A DNA stretch of 64,000 nucleotides from an uncultured Acidobacteriota bacterium (GCA_963724485.1 CAVRUW010000009.1:198999-262998), one strand, 5' to 3'; shown: positions 9,071 through 18,839, counted from the first letter of the stretch. Notes: a model not told the origin generated them from the letters alone. A program made the numbers and translations.

Positions 9071-9823
9071 TCACCGCGGGCGGCGGACCTCGACTTCGAC
9101 GACCTCGGCATCGCCGCCAACGCTGGCGATGGTGTGCTCCGCGTCCCCGTCGAACCAGGCGAACTGACCAGGCTTGTCGAGTGCCTTCGTCGAAGGTCCA
9201 CCAGCTGAAGCGCGACCGGTGATCAAGACGACGGCGACCGGATTGCGATGGCGATGGGGCTTGGCGTCGGCCGTGAGCGCCCATCGATAGCCTCGGAACC
9301 AGCGGTTGGTGATCTCAGGCTTCGCATCAAACCCCTCGCTGGGTGCTTCGGTCTCGTCTCCCGCGGAACGATTCAGGATGCCGATCAGCCGAAAGAGGCC
9401 TTGACCCACGTTGTTGACACGATGCGTGAGCGGTTGCTTTGCATAACTGGTCGTGCTCGTCATGCGACCTACGGCAGGTGCCGCAGGTGCCCCGGGTGCC
9501 GCAGCGGCACCGGACGACGGCTTGGCGCCAGCACCCTGGGCAGAATCGCCACCCGACCACTCGCCGCCGAGACTTTGTGATCTCGTTCGAGACTGGCTCA
9601 TCGAGACGTACAAGATCGGGTCGCTGTGCGTGTGGAACAGCGTTGTGTCGCCGGCGGGAATCTGCACGTCGAGAATTCGCGTCGCCGGCGCTTCGAACAC
9701 GAGATGATGACGAGGCTCTTCATGAACCGGTACAACTTTCTCGGATTGCGCAACACTGACGGGAACACGCAACACCAAGAAACACGCGACAACGGCTGCG
9801 TAACAGGCTGCTCGACGACCCAT
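9071..9823 (-). CDS. exported hypothetical protein with two cupin-like halves
   Basis: ORF 9071..9847 trimmed to the ATG at 9823, which is preceded by GAGGGAGG. It has a signal peptide and the motifs LFHTHSDP and FDGDAEHT. The function is unknown. Confidence 0.5.
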   Translation of the reverse strand: MGRRAACYAAVVACFLVLRVPVSVAQSEKVVPVHEEPRHHLVFEAPATRILDVQIPAGDTTLFHTHSDPILYVSMSQSRTRSQSLGGEWSGGDSAQGAGAKPSSGAAAAPGAPAAPAVGRMTSTTSYAKQPLTHRVNNVGQGLFRLIGILNRSAGDETEAPSEGFDAKPEITNRWFRGYRWALTADAKPHRHRNPVAVVLITGRASAGGPSTKALDKPGQFAWFDGDAEHTIASVGGDAEVVEVEVRRPR

Positions 9824-9849
9824 GATCAATGCCTCCCTCGAATCCACCG

Positions 9850-11361
9850 CTATTGCTTGGGCGATCCCGCTTTTGGCGGCACACGAACCTCAAAAACACG
9901 GTTGCGCCACTTCTTGAGATCAATCGCAACACTGGAGATTATCGTCTCGGTCCCCGGACGCTTGATTCGCACTTCGGCGTACACCTGAGTCACCATTGGG
10001 ACGGCAAAGTGTACCGGCAGATCGTTCTGCGAGTTGTAGCCGCTGCCAGCATCGACGAGCCGCGCACCCATCGGAACCTTCGAGCCGTTGATGAAAACGC
10101 TCACCTCCGCGCCAGGAAGCGTCGCACGTCCAGCTTCGTCGACGACACGAACGAAGAAAGCGTTGCTGGTTGGTGCCGTCGTCAGCGTGTTCCGCAGTAA
10201 CCAGTGCATCGCGTCCTTCTGAACGCCAGTCAGGGCGAGGTCTAGATCGCCATCACGGTCGTAGTCGGCCCATTGCGCGCCGTGGTCCCCGGCTGGTGAC
10301 CCGATCTCCGCCGGCGTCACATCCTCGAAAGCCTTGCCGCTGTTGCGAAACAGGTGGTCGCGGTAGCTCTGGCCACCCGTCACCGTACCGTTGACGTAGA
10401 GATCCAGGTTGCCGTCGTTGTCCATGTCACCGAAAACGCACGTGTCGTAGCGGGCGTCGATGGCAACCCCCCAGGCGCTCGATGCGTCCTCGAACTTCCC
10501 CTTGCCTCGATTAAGAAACAAGCCGTTCTTCCCATAGTTGGCGAAGAACAAGTCGAGATGTCGATCGTTGTTCACGTCGGCGACGCAAGGCCTCACGGTC
10601 CCGTTGGCTTTGTCGTTCGGTGTCCGTCCCCCCCAGGCAACGCCAACCGTTTCGGCGACGTCCACGAATCGACCGTCGGCATAGCTGTAGAGCCCGTTCG
10701 CATCCCCGTCCATGTTGCCGGTTATGACGTCGAGGTCGCCGTCCTCGTCGTGGTCGAACCAGACCGCGCCCACCGTTCGGCGCGGGTCTGCGAGACCGAC
10801 CTGTGGCGCTACGTCGACGAACTTCGCACTCTGATTCCGAAAGAGTGCGTTTGCCTTGTCGCGAAACGCGACGAACAAATCGAGGTCGTGGTCACCGTCG
10901 TAGTCGACCCACACGGGTTGGCGAACTGCACCAGTCGCGACCGTCAACCCGGCAGCCGTCGTGGAGTCGACGAACTTCCCTCCATCGTTGCGATACAAAC
11001 GTAGCAACGACGCGCCATCGGGCGAGGGGGTGAATCCGACGACCAAGTCCGGATCTCCATCCGCATCCGCGTCGCCCCATGCCACCGCACGCGTTGGTCG
11101 CGCATCGGCGATGCCAGCGGCGCCGGCGGCGTCCACGAACGTGCCGTTGTCGTTACGATACAAGCGATTGGGCATCCCGTCGAAGCCGACAAACAGGTCG
11201 GGATCGCCATCGGCATCGTAATCGGCCCAGGCATTGACGAACGACGACCCCGCCGCGAACAGATCCTTCTGCACATGCTCGAATCGAGCGCCCTGGGCGT
11301 TCGCGATCAGGAGTGCGCAGCATAGAATTCCCGACGTGACGCGAACTGTCATTCTCAGCAT
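9850..11361 (-). CDS. CRTAC1-type FG-GAP/VCBS repeat protein with a C-terminal ASPIC/UnbV-like module
   Basis: Repeated Ca-binding motifs: DYDADGDPDL, DYDGDHDLDL, DHDEDGDLDV, DMDNDGNLDL, DYDRDGDLDL. The C-terminal region reads FFVRVVDEAGRATLPGAEVSV...GSGYNSQND. The start is the ATG at 11361 or 11352 (signal MLRMTVRVTSGILCCALLIANAQG). Confidence 0.8.
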   Translation of the reverse strand: MLRMTVRVTSGILCCALLIANAQGARFEHVQKDLFAAGSSFVNAWADYDADGDPDLFVGFDGMPNRLYRNDNGTFVDAAGAAGIADARPTRAVAWGDADADGDPDLVVGFTPSPDGASLLRLYRNDGGKFVDSTTAAGLTVATGAVRQPVWVDYDGDHDLDLFVAFRDKANALFRNQSAKFVDVAPQVGLADPRRTVGAVWFDHDEDGDLDVITGNMDGDANGLYSYADGRFVDVAETVGVAWGGRTPNDKANGTVRPCVADVNNDRHLDLFFANYGKNGLFLNRGKGKFEDASSAWGVAIDARYDTCVFGDMDNDGNLDLYVNGTVTGGQSYRDHLFRNSGKAFEDVTPAEIGSPAGDHGAQWADYDRDGDLDLALTGVQKDAMHWLLRNTLTTAPTSNAFFVRVVDEAGRATLPGAEVSVFINGSKVPMGARLVDAGSGYNSQNDLPVHFAVPMVTQVYAEVRIKRPGTETIISSVAIDLKKWRNRVFEVRVPPKAGSPKQ

Positions 11362-12886
11362 TCTTCTACTCGTCTCCGCCGTAGGTTCCGCCCAGACGCC
11401 CCCGGCCTTTCGCGTCGAAGAGGTCAGCATCGCGGAGATCCACGCGGCGCTCAAAACCGGGCGGGTCACCTGCCGCGGGCTGGTCGAACACTATCTCCGT
11501 CGCATCGACACGTTCGACAAGAACGGCCCAGGAATCAACGCCATTGTCCTCACCAACCCGGAAGCGGTGCAGCAAGCCGACGCCCTCGACGCGCGAGCCA
11601 AACAGGGCAGCTTTGTTGGCCCCCTCCACTGCATCCCGGTGATCGTGAAGGATAACTTCGAGACGATTGGTTTGCAGAGTGCCAATGGTTCGCTGGCCCT
11701 GTCGGGGTTTGTCTCTGCCAAGGACGCCTTTCAGGTGCGGCGCGTCAAAGACGCCGGGGCTATCGTCCTGGCCAAGTCGAACATGGCGGAATGGGCGTTC
11801 ACCCCCTATGAAACACTCAGTTCCATCCTGCCGGGTTACACGAAGAACCCGTACGCCCTTGACCGAGTGACGGCCGGCTCCAGCGGCGGTACCGCCGCCG
11901 CCATTGCGGCCAGCTTTGGCGCTGTTGGATTGGGATCGGATACGGGCAATTCAATCCGCGGACCCTCATCGCATCAGGCGCTCGCCGGCATTCGCTCGAC
12001 GATGGGCCTGACGAGCCGGGCGGGGGTGATGCCCCTCAACCTGTTGGCCGACATCGCCGGGCCAATGGCGCGAACGGTCGCCGACGCCGTCGCGGTCTTC
12101 CAGGTGATCGTCGGAGAGGACCCTGATGATCCCGCGACAGCCGCAGCACGGAATCGCAAGCCAGAAAACTATGCTGCCGCCCTGGTCGCGGATGGCCTGC
12201 GTGGTGCTCGCATTGGCGTGCTGAGGCAAGCCTACGAGCGTGACACGACAGATGCCGAGATCGGGCAGGTTTTCATGAAGGCGGTCGAGGACCTTCGACG
12301 CGCTGGCGCCACCATCATCGATCCGGCCCGTGTTGATGGACTGGACAGCATTCGTCGTGCGCAAGGGATAGGACCGTGCATGGGGTTCAAGTACGACATC
12401 AATCGCTACCTTGCCTCACACGGCGACAAGATTCCGGTGAAGTCGCTAGCCGAGATCGTCAAGTCGGGGCGTTTTCATCCAACCGTGCAGCGGCGACTGG
12501 AGCAAGCGAATGACGGCGCCGAAAACGGTCCCGACACTCCGTCGTGCAAGGCTGAAACGGACTACCGCGAGCAGGTGCGCGCCGCGGTACTCAAGATGAT
12601 GGACGCGCAAAAGCTCGACGCGCTCGTCTATCCCACGTGGAGCAATCCACCGCGGTTGATTGGCGATCTCAACACACCGCACGGAGACAACAGCCAGTTC
12701 TTCTCGCCAACGACCGGGTTTCCGTCGATTCAAGTGCCGATGGGCTACACGCGAGGCGTGCTGCCGGCGGGAATCACGTTCTTCGGGCGTGCATGGTCGG
12801 AAGCGACACTGATACGGCTCGCGTATTCGTATGAGCAGGCCACACATCACCGAGTGTCGCCGTCCAGCACGCCGCCACTGCGGTGA
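11336..12886 (+). CDS. exported amidase (amidase-signature family)
   Basis: Amidase signature AGSSGGTAAAIAASFGAVGLGSDTGNSIRGPS. ORF 11234..12886 trimmed to the GTG at 11336, giving the signal peptide VTRTVILSILLLVSAVGSAQ. Confidence 0.8.
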   Translation: MTRTVILSILLLVSAVGSAQTPPAFRVEEVSIAEIHAALKTGRVTCRGLVEHYLRRIDTFDKNGPGINAIVLTNPEAVQQADALDARAKQGSFVGPLHCIPVIVKDNFETIGLQSANGSLALSGFVSAKDAFQVRRVKDAGAIVLAKSNMAEWAFTPYETLSSILPGYTKNPYALDRVTAGSSGGTAAAIAASFGAVGLGSDTGNSIRGPSSHQALAGIRSTMGLTSRAGVMPLNLLADIAGPMARTVADAVAVFQVIVGEDPDDPATAAARNRKPENYAAALVADGLRGARIGVLRQAYERDTTDAEIGQVFMKAVEDLRRAGATIIDPARVDGLDSIRRAQGIGPCMGFKYDINRYLASHGDKIPVKSLAEIVKSGRFHPTVQRRLEQANDGAENGPDTPSCKAETDYREQVRAAVLKMMDAQKLDALVYPTWSNPPRLIGDLNTPHGDNSQFFSPTTGFPSIQVPMGYTRGVLPAGITFFGRAWSEATLIRLAYSYEQATHHRVSPSSTPPLR

Positions 12887-12902
12887 GCAGCGAGCGCGAT
12901 GG

Positions 12903-13089
12903 GGGGATGCGGACCATTTGCTTCGGAAACCGGTTACGCAGGCCGGAAAAACGCTGCTCCGGCGTCTCGTCTCTGTTCAAGCGCGTGGGGACCCCCATCC
13001 CCACGCGGTGATACTCACCTGCGCAGCGTTTTTCGTGTCGCCTGACGGCCTGCTCCACACGGTTTCCTGCGCAAACGGTCCGCATCCCC
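12903..13089. repeat. 187-nt imperfect inverted repeat (rod-like multi-stem hairpin) in a convergent intergenic gap
   Basis: Complementary blocks: ggggatgcggacc 12903-15 / ggtccgcatcccc 13077-89; ggaaaccg 12925-32 / cggtttcc 13060-67; gcaggccg 12938-45 / cggcctgc 13046-53; gaaaaacgctgc 12946-57 / gcagcgtttttc 13023-34. The apical stem is cgcgtgggga 12982-91 / tccccacgcg 12998-13007. Confidence 0.8.
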
Positions 13090-13119
13090 TACCGCGAGGA
13101 CCGCACCCGTGCCGGCGAA

Positions 13120-14097
13120 TTATCTCGCCATCACGCCTCGCACCGCGGCGGCAATCATGCGATTGACGGCGGCGATCGAAAGGCCGCCTTCATCGGTCGG
13201 CGGAATCGTCGCAAAGCCAATCGCCGACGCTTTGTCGTAGCGCTTGAAGATCTCTTCGAACACTCGCGCCAACTGTTCACTCGACGGTCCGTTCGGCACT
13301 TTGTTGCCATGTGCCATGACCTCGCGAGGGTCGAGGACGTCCATGTCGATGTGAATGTAGATCTTGTCGGTCAGGCGGTTCAGCCGATCGAGTTGTGTCC
13401 AGATTGCAGGCGTCATGGTGCGCAGATCGTCGACGCTAATCTGCTCGATCATCGAGTTGTCGAGCAGGTGCTGCTCCAGCGGATCGGTGAGCCGTACACC
13501 GGCCATCACGATGTGACGATCGGGAAGCGGCGGATCGAGCTTGGCGTCGAGACGCATCACCTGCAACGCGCGCCCGGTGGCCACTGCGACCGGCATGCCG
13601 CCGAGCGATCCGCTGCGCGTGGTCTCCGGAGTGTTGAAGTCGGGATGTGCGTCGAGCCACAGCATGCCGATCTTCAGCGGCTCACGGGTAGACCCCGATC
13701 GTTGTAGTCCGGCAACCAGCCCTGGCATCGACGGGCACGTGGCCAGCAGTCCAACCGTGAAGTACCCGTCCCGCTCGTTCTTCGTCACGATGTCCGCGAA
13801 GTGACCGAGCGCCATGCCCAACCGCTTCCACCCGCCATACTCGGTGTCTTCCTCGGCGGTCAGGCGGGCTTCGTCGATTCGAATCGTCGCGCCGAGATCG
13901 GCAAGGATCTTCTGGATCCCTCCATCCGCCATCGTGGCCGGTCCCTTCGAGAGACCGTTGGGCGAGAACGGCTGCTTCGCGAGCGCGACGCGAAGTTTCC
14001 CATCCGGCCCTTGATACTTCTTCTGCTCAGCATTTGGCGATACGCCCAGGGTGACCGACAGAACAAAAGCGAGGAGAACGGGACCATGCCGTTTCAT
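13120..14097 (-). CDS. exported arginase/agmatinase/formiminoglutamase-family ureohydrolase
   Basis: Signal peptide MKRHGPVLLAFVLSVTLG. Mn-binding motifs LWLDAHPDFNTP and IHIDMDVLDP. Confidence 0.8.
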   Translation of the reverse strand: MKRHGPVLLAFVLSVTLGVSPNAEQKKYQGPDGKLRVALAKQPFSPNGLSKGPATMADGGIQKILADLGATIRIDEARLTAEEDTEYGGWKRLGMALGHFADIVTKNERDGYFTVGLLATCPSMPGLVAGLQRSGSTREPLKIGMLWLDAHPDFNTPETTRSGSLGGMPVAVATGRALQVMRLDAKLDPPLPDRHIVMAGVRLTDPLEQHLLDNSMIEQISVDDLRTMTPAIWTQLDRLNRLTDKIYIHIDMDVLDPREVMAHGNKVPNGPSSEQLARVFEEIFKRYDKASAIGFATIPPTDEGGLSIAAVNRMIAAAVRGVMAR

Positions 14098-14128
14098 CGG
14101 AAACTCCGTGGAGAACGATTGGAAGCCA

Positions 14129-15313
14129 TCACCGGCGTGACGAGCGAGCCTTGGGTTTGCCCGCGAGTCGCCAGAACTGCTCCTCGTTCAGGATCGTGAT
14201 TCGGTGACCTTTCTCGCGTAACCGCTTGATCTCCATCAACTTGATGCCAGCATCCCGGCCAGCCGCTTGAAGCTTGTTCGGACGTCCACGAATCACCACG
14301 GACGTCCGGGCCGACGGACCACTGTGCACGATCGCTCCAGCCTTTCGCGCCGCCTTTGCGGCCTCGCTGCGCAACGTGCTCAATATTCCCGTGAATGCGA
14401 CGTGCACGCCCTTTAGGGTTCGCAGCGCGCCAGCTTTGAGCGACGCCGGCGGATTCGTCAAGGCATCGATCAGTTCGTCCGCGTTTTCGTATCGCTTTCT
14501 CCGCTCACCGATGCAGCGATAGATGATCTCCTTCAGGTGGTCACTGCAGGGGAATCCTCGGACCTCCGGCGCCCGGATGCGGGCATGCGCGTCGCCCTTC
14601 ACCAGCATCCCCAGCAACTGACCGACCTGATACACGTCATCACGCGCCTGCCACTTGGGTGCGGCGCCATCGAAGATGTCGCTGGGCGCCATGTGCGGGT
14701 TGAGCGTGCGCGCGGTCACCCCGCGTCGATCGCTTTGCTGACGGACGATACCGAAGTCACCAAGTTTGAGGTGTGTCTGGTCGCAGACGAACACGTTGAG
14801 CGGGGTGAGATCGCGATGCAGCAGCTGCCCGCGGTGCAGCTTGACGAGGACCTGGAGGATCCCCGCAATCTCACGTCGGACAATCGTTTCCGCCCAGCGC
14901 TTGCTCGTCCGACGGAGGTAGCTGCTGAGGTCGCCTTCGCGCGCATACTCGAGCGCCAGGCAATAGAGCATTTGACCGTCACTCGTGATCAAGGGGAAGG
15001 CGTCGTACATCCTGATGGCGCGAGGATGTTCGCCCAGCAACTGTCCGAAGTAGGCCTCACGCAACCACCCGTCGATCCGCTCGCTGGCTTTGATGCAAAC
15101 GACTTCTGGAACGGACGCCGATCGGCCAAGCCGCGTCGACAAGTAGACCTGACCGAATCCACCCTGGCCGAGCAGCGGGCCTATCCGGTAACGCACACGC
15201 GACTCGGGACTCTCGATGACTTCCGCTTGATTCAACAGCAGTTGTCGGGGGCCGCCATTGCCTCGCGTCACACCTCGCGTGCGCGTGGTGGCGGCGCTGA
15301 TGCTTTTCACCAT
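14129..15313 (-). CDS. Hanks-type Ser/Thr protein kinase fused to a C-terminal BRCT-like domain
   Basis: Kinase motifs GQGGFGQVY, VCIK, HRDLTPLN and LGDFG. The C-terminal sequence GVHVAFTGILSTLRSEAAKAARKAGAIVHSGPSARTSVVIRG...ITILNEEQFWRL resembles the LigA-type BRCT. Confidence 0.75.
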   Translation of the reverse strand: MVKSISAATTRTRGVTRGNGGPRQLLLNQAEVIESPESRVRYRIGPLLGQGGFGQVYLSTRLGRSASVPEVVCIKASERIDGWLREAYFGQLLGEHPRAIRMYDAFPLITSDGQMLYCLALEYAREGDLSSYLRRTSKRWAETIVRREIAGILQVLVKLHRGQLLHRDLTPLNVFVCDQTHLKLGDFGIVRQQSDRRGVTARTLNPHMAPSDIFDGAAPKWQARDDVYQVGQLLGMLVKGDAHARIRAPEVRGFPCSDHLKEIIYRCIGERRKRYENADELIDALTNPPASLKAGALRTLKGVHVAFTGILSTLRSEAAKAARKAGAIVHSGPSARTSVVIRGRPNKLQAAGRDAGIKLMEIKRLREKGHRITILNEEQFWRLAGKPKARSSRR

Positions 15314-15389
15314 GAAGACTTCCCACCATCATATTCACAGATGACCGCCCATGACGCTTCGCGAGTCGCGATCGTCGTGACGGCTTCCC

Positions 15390-16964
15390 TCAGCGGCGCG
15401 ACTGATTGATAGCGTCCATGTTTCGACGCGCGTTCTCATGACGAGGATTGATGCGGAGGGCTTCGGCAAGATGTGCCCGCGCGGATTCCAGATCACCGAC
15501 ACGAGCACGGATGACACCAAGATTGGCATGCGCATCGGCGTGTGCCGGGTCAACGTCGATAGCCGTTCGCAACAGCTGCTCCGCGTCTTGAATCTTGCCC
15601 AGCTGCAGCAGGACGACCGAGAGATTCGAATAGGCGTCTGGCGAACCAGGGTCGAGCCGAATGGACTCCCGAAGATGACTCTCCGCTTCGCTCAACCGCT
15701 CGCTGCGCGCCAGGAGCAACCCGAGGTTGTTGCGAGCGCTCGCGAGCCCTGGGCCGAGCGATACCGCACGCCGGTAGCTGGCTTCGGCTTCCTGCAGGCG
15801 ATCACCGCGCTCGAGCACGAGCCCAAGGTTGTAGTAACCCACGGCATCGTCTCCCGCGGCTAAAGCCTCCCTGAGCGAGCGCTCGGCCTCGTCCAATCGG
15901 CCGAGATCGGTATAGCACTTGCCCAACTGGATCAACGACTGCTGGTCTCCCGGGACCATGCCGAGATGCTGCGTGAGATACGGCACTGCATCAGCGGGCC
16001 GGCCAAGCTGCTGCAACAGGGACGCGAGCTCGGAGAGGACGTCCGGATTGTCGCGATCGACTTCGACGGCGCGGCGAACCAGTTGTTCGCGACGGGCGGC
16101 GGACTGCCGGAGATCCAACGAGGCGGCGTGGCGGAGCAGAAAGACACTGCTGTGCGACTGATCCGCGAGCGCTTCGATCAAAGGGTCTCGTGGCGCCGTG
16201 TAGGCGCGTAGCGTTGCCGCCCGCGCTGCTCGTCGCTCCGCATCCTCTGGTCGGCCGATCGCACGGTAGGCATCCGCGAGTACGCGATGGATGGCGCCCA
16301 GACGTGGCCAGTCACCCGCCAGCTTCTCGAGAATCGCGATCGCACTCTTCGCATCTCCCTTGTTCAAGGCAATTCGTGCCTGGCCGACCGTCGCAAGAGG
16401 AACAAACTCGGCTTCCTCTTGAACCTGCGGCGGCTGCGACGCCGCCTGCTTGTAGGCAGCCTCCGCTTCGTCAAACTTTGCCTGCTTGAACGCGCTCTCT
16501 CCAGCACGCCACCAGGCGAGCCCGAACTGCGGTCGTGCTTGGACCACATCTCGCAGTGCATTGCTCGCCAGCGCCGCGTCGCCTCGCTCCAGGTGAACCA
16601 GGGCGCTGTAGTACGTCCAGCGCCAGTTCGAGGGCTCCAGCCTTGTGGCCTCGGCATACGCGGCGAGCGCCTCCTGGTAGAAGAGATCGGCGTGATAAGC
16701 CATGCCGAGAGCTCCGACCAGGGCGGGATCCCGCGGTGAACTCCGCGCTGCGGCGTCGGCAGTGGTCACGTGTTGCACAAGCGCCGGCGGCGCACCCGCC
16801 AGCGTCGGGGGCGCCGGCAATCGCGCAGCCGCCATGGACCTCTCGCGCTCGAGCCACGCGTAAGCCCCGCCAGCGGCCACGATGGCCGCGACAACGAACC
16901 AGACCAGCGGGCCGCGCGCGCGCTTTTTCGGAGCTTCAGCGGGACGTTGCCGCTGCCTGGCCAT
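15390..16964 (-). CDS. membrane-anchored TPR repeat protein
   Basis: 524 aa. An N-terminal hydrophobic segment (LVWFVVAAIVAAGGAYAW) is followed by more than 10 TPR-like 34-aa repeats. Confidence 0.8.
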   Translation of the reverse strand: MARQRQRPAEAPKKRARGPLVWFVVAAIVAAGGAYAWLERERSMAAARLPAPPTLAGAPPALVQHVTTADAAARSSPRDPALVGALGMAYHADLFYQEALAAYAEATRLEPSNWRWTYYSALVHLERGDAALASNALRDVVQARPQFGLAWWRAGESAFKQAKFDEAEAAYKQAASQPPQVQEEAEFVPLATVGQARIALNKGDAKSAIAILEKLAGDWPRLGAIHRVLADAYRAIGRPEDAERRAARAATLRAYTAPRDPLIEALADQSHSSVFLLRHAASLDLRQSAARREQLVRRAVEVDRDNPDVLSELASLLQQLGRPADAVPYLTQHLGMVPGDQQSLIQLGKCYTDLGRLDEAERSLREALAAGDDAVGYYNLGLVLERGDRLQEAEASYRRAVSLGPGLASARNNLGLLLARSERLSEAESHLRESIRLDPGSPDAYSNLSVVLLQLGKIQDAEQLLRTAIDVDPAHADAHANLGVIRARVGDLESARAHLAEALRINPRHENARRNMDAINQSRR

Positions 16965-18234
16965 GATTCCAGAGCGTAATGCGAGAAAGGCGGTCGAATG
17001 GCCGATTCATGTGCAGCCCGCCGGTTACGAGCTCGTCGCGGCCATCGCCGGTGAAGTCAGCAGCGCCCACCGAGATCAAGTGCGTTGGCGATCCCGCAAT
17101 CGGTCGGAGGGCAAACGTCATGTTGCCGGTGTTTTCGAGCCAGACGAGACTCTGCGCCGAGGGGTTGTCCCAGTCGTTGTAGGCGCTGACGACCGCGACG
17201 TCGAGATCGCCGTCTCCGTCGAGATCGACCGGCTGAGGGCTCGACGCGCCAGAGAACTCGGCAATGCGACGCACGGTGAAAACCAGGCCGCCGTTGTTCT
17301 CGATCCACTGCACTCCGTGCCAGGGTCGTCCGCCGCCCGTGGCATAGTCGAAACCGTCACCGTTGCTATAGAGGAAATCGATATCGCCGTCGCGATCGAG
17401 ATCGGTTGCGGTCAGCCAGCTCGAACCGAAGTCGTCGTTCGTCGATCCCCAGATCAACTTCGAGGTGAAGCGCCCTTTGCCGTCATTGACGTGAGCGTAG
17501 ACCTCTTCCCACTCCTGACTGACCAGTGAGGCGATATCCTGATCGCCGTCCTTGTCCAAGTCGACGATCTCCACGTTTATCGGACCCGAAAGGCTCTGCA
17601 AGACGGTGCTGGTGAATCGCCATCCGCCATCGTTGCGCATCCATCGCGTCTCGCCTTCGTTGTAGCCGAACTCCGCGACCGCGAGATCGAGATCGCCATC
17701 GCCGTCGAGATCGCCGGCTCGAACGTCAGAAACCCGTGCGATCTGATCGACCAGAACGCGGTTGACGAACTGTCCGTTGCCCCGATTCTCGAGCACCACC
17801 ACCGAACCGATCTTTGCGTTGTTCGGGAACAGCACTCCAAGGCTGGCAACCAGCACGTCGAGATCGCCGTCGCGATCGATATCGGCGGCTTCAGCATGGG
17901 CAGGCGCCAGGACGGTGTCACCCAAGATCGCTTCCGTGAACACGCCGCGTGGTGATTGTCGAATCCACACCACGCGGTGCTGAACGAGATCGCACGCCAG
18001 GACGTCCATCATGCCGTCTCGATCGAGATCGATAGGCTTGACGTGCGCAATTTGTGGTCGATCGCGCGGTGTAAAGGACTGGCCAATCGGCTGAGGCGCG
18101 AGTTTGAGGGATGGCGGTGTCGGCGCAGCTGGCCGCGGCCCACCGGACGGAACCGCCGGTGAGTCGCAAGCGGCCGCAAACATCAGACCGGCGACAAGCG
18201 ACGCCCAATGGGGCTTACGACGACGTTCGAGCAA
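16936..18234 (-). CDS. FG-GAP/VCBS repeat lipoprotein
   Basis: Lipobox-like LMFAAAC. Repeats: DLDRDGMMDV, DIDRDGDLDV, DLDGDGDLDL, DLDKDGDQDI, DLDRDGDIDF, DLDGDGDLDV. Confidence 0.75.
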   Translation of the reverse strand: MLERRRKPHWASLVAGLMFAAACDSPAVPSGGPRPAAPTPPSLKLAPQPIGQSFTPRDRPQIAHVKPIDLDRDGMMDVLACDLVQHRVVWIRQSPRGVFTEAILGDTVLAPAHAEAADIDRDGDLDVLVASLGVLFPNNAKIGSVVVLENRGNGQFVNRVLVDQIARVSDVRAGDLDGDGDLDLAVAEFGYNEGETRWMRNDGGWRFTSTVLQSLSGPINVEIVDLDKDGDQDIASLVSQEWEEVYAHVNDGKGRFTSKLIWGSTNDDFGSSWLTATDLDRDGDIDFLYSNGDGFDYATGGGRPWHGVQWIENNGGLVFTVRRIAEFSGASSPQPVDLDGDGDLDVAVVSAYNDWDNPSAQSLVWLENTGNMTFALRPIAGSPTHLISVGAADFTGDGRDELVTGGLHMNRPFDRLSRITLWNHGQAAATSR

Positions 18235-18826
18235 CCTTCAGGATCTTGATCGGCGGGGTCAGTCGTTGTGCTTCGGCGTTCGTCTGCCGATCAGCCGACG
18301 AAGGCGCCATCTGGATCTTGCGGACGACGTCCATCCCCGACACGACGCGCCCGAAGGCCGCAAACCCCTGACCATCGGGGTTGCGCTTGCCGCCGAAATC
18401 CAGCGAGGGTTGATCGTTGATGCATATGAACCATCCCGACGTGGCGCTGTCCGGCTCTCCACGAGCCATCGAGACGACACCGTCCTTGTGAAGAATCCCG
18501 GTTACGCTCGTGCGTTCGATCGGAATGGGCGGGAACCCGCTCTTCGCGACCTCCTGATTGACCCCAGCCTGGATCACTTCGATCTTCACGTCGCTCTGCG
18601 GCTGGTTGTCCATCTTCACGGTGCGATGGAACGTGCCACCGTTGTAATGACCGGCTTCGACGTACTTCAGGAAGTTCGCCGTGGTTCCTGGCGCCTTGGC
18701 GGCGTCAACCTCGATGACGATGTTGCCAAGTTCGGTCTGGACGAGCACACGAACAGGCTTGGTCTGCGCCCAGATGGGAGCCGACATCAGCGATACGGCG
18801 ATAAGGATGACAAGTCTTGGGATCAT
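18215..18826 (-). CDS. exported cyclophilin-type peptidyl-prolyl cis-trans isomerase
   Basis: Motifs GTFHRTV, GVVSMARG, GWFICINDQPSLD and FGRVVSGMDVVRKI. The ORF-track start at 18844 is a GTG inside the repeat element. The ATG at 18826 gives the signal MIPRLVILIAVSLMSAPIWAQ. Confidence 0.85.
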   Translation of the reverse strand: MIPRLVILIAVSLMSAPIWAQTKPVRVLVQTELGNIVIEVDAAKAPGTTANFLKYVEAGHYNGGTFHRTVKMDNQPQSDVKIEVIQAGVNQEVAKSGFPPIPIERTSVTGILHKDGVVSMARGEPDSATSGWFICINDQPSLDFGGKRNPDGQGFAAFGRVVSGMDVVRKIQMAPSSADRQTNAEAQRLTPPIKILKVARTSS

Positions 18827-18839
18827 TGGGAATACGTTA

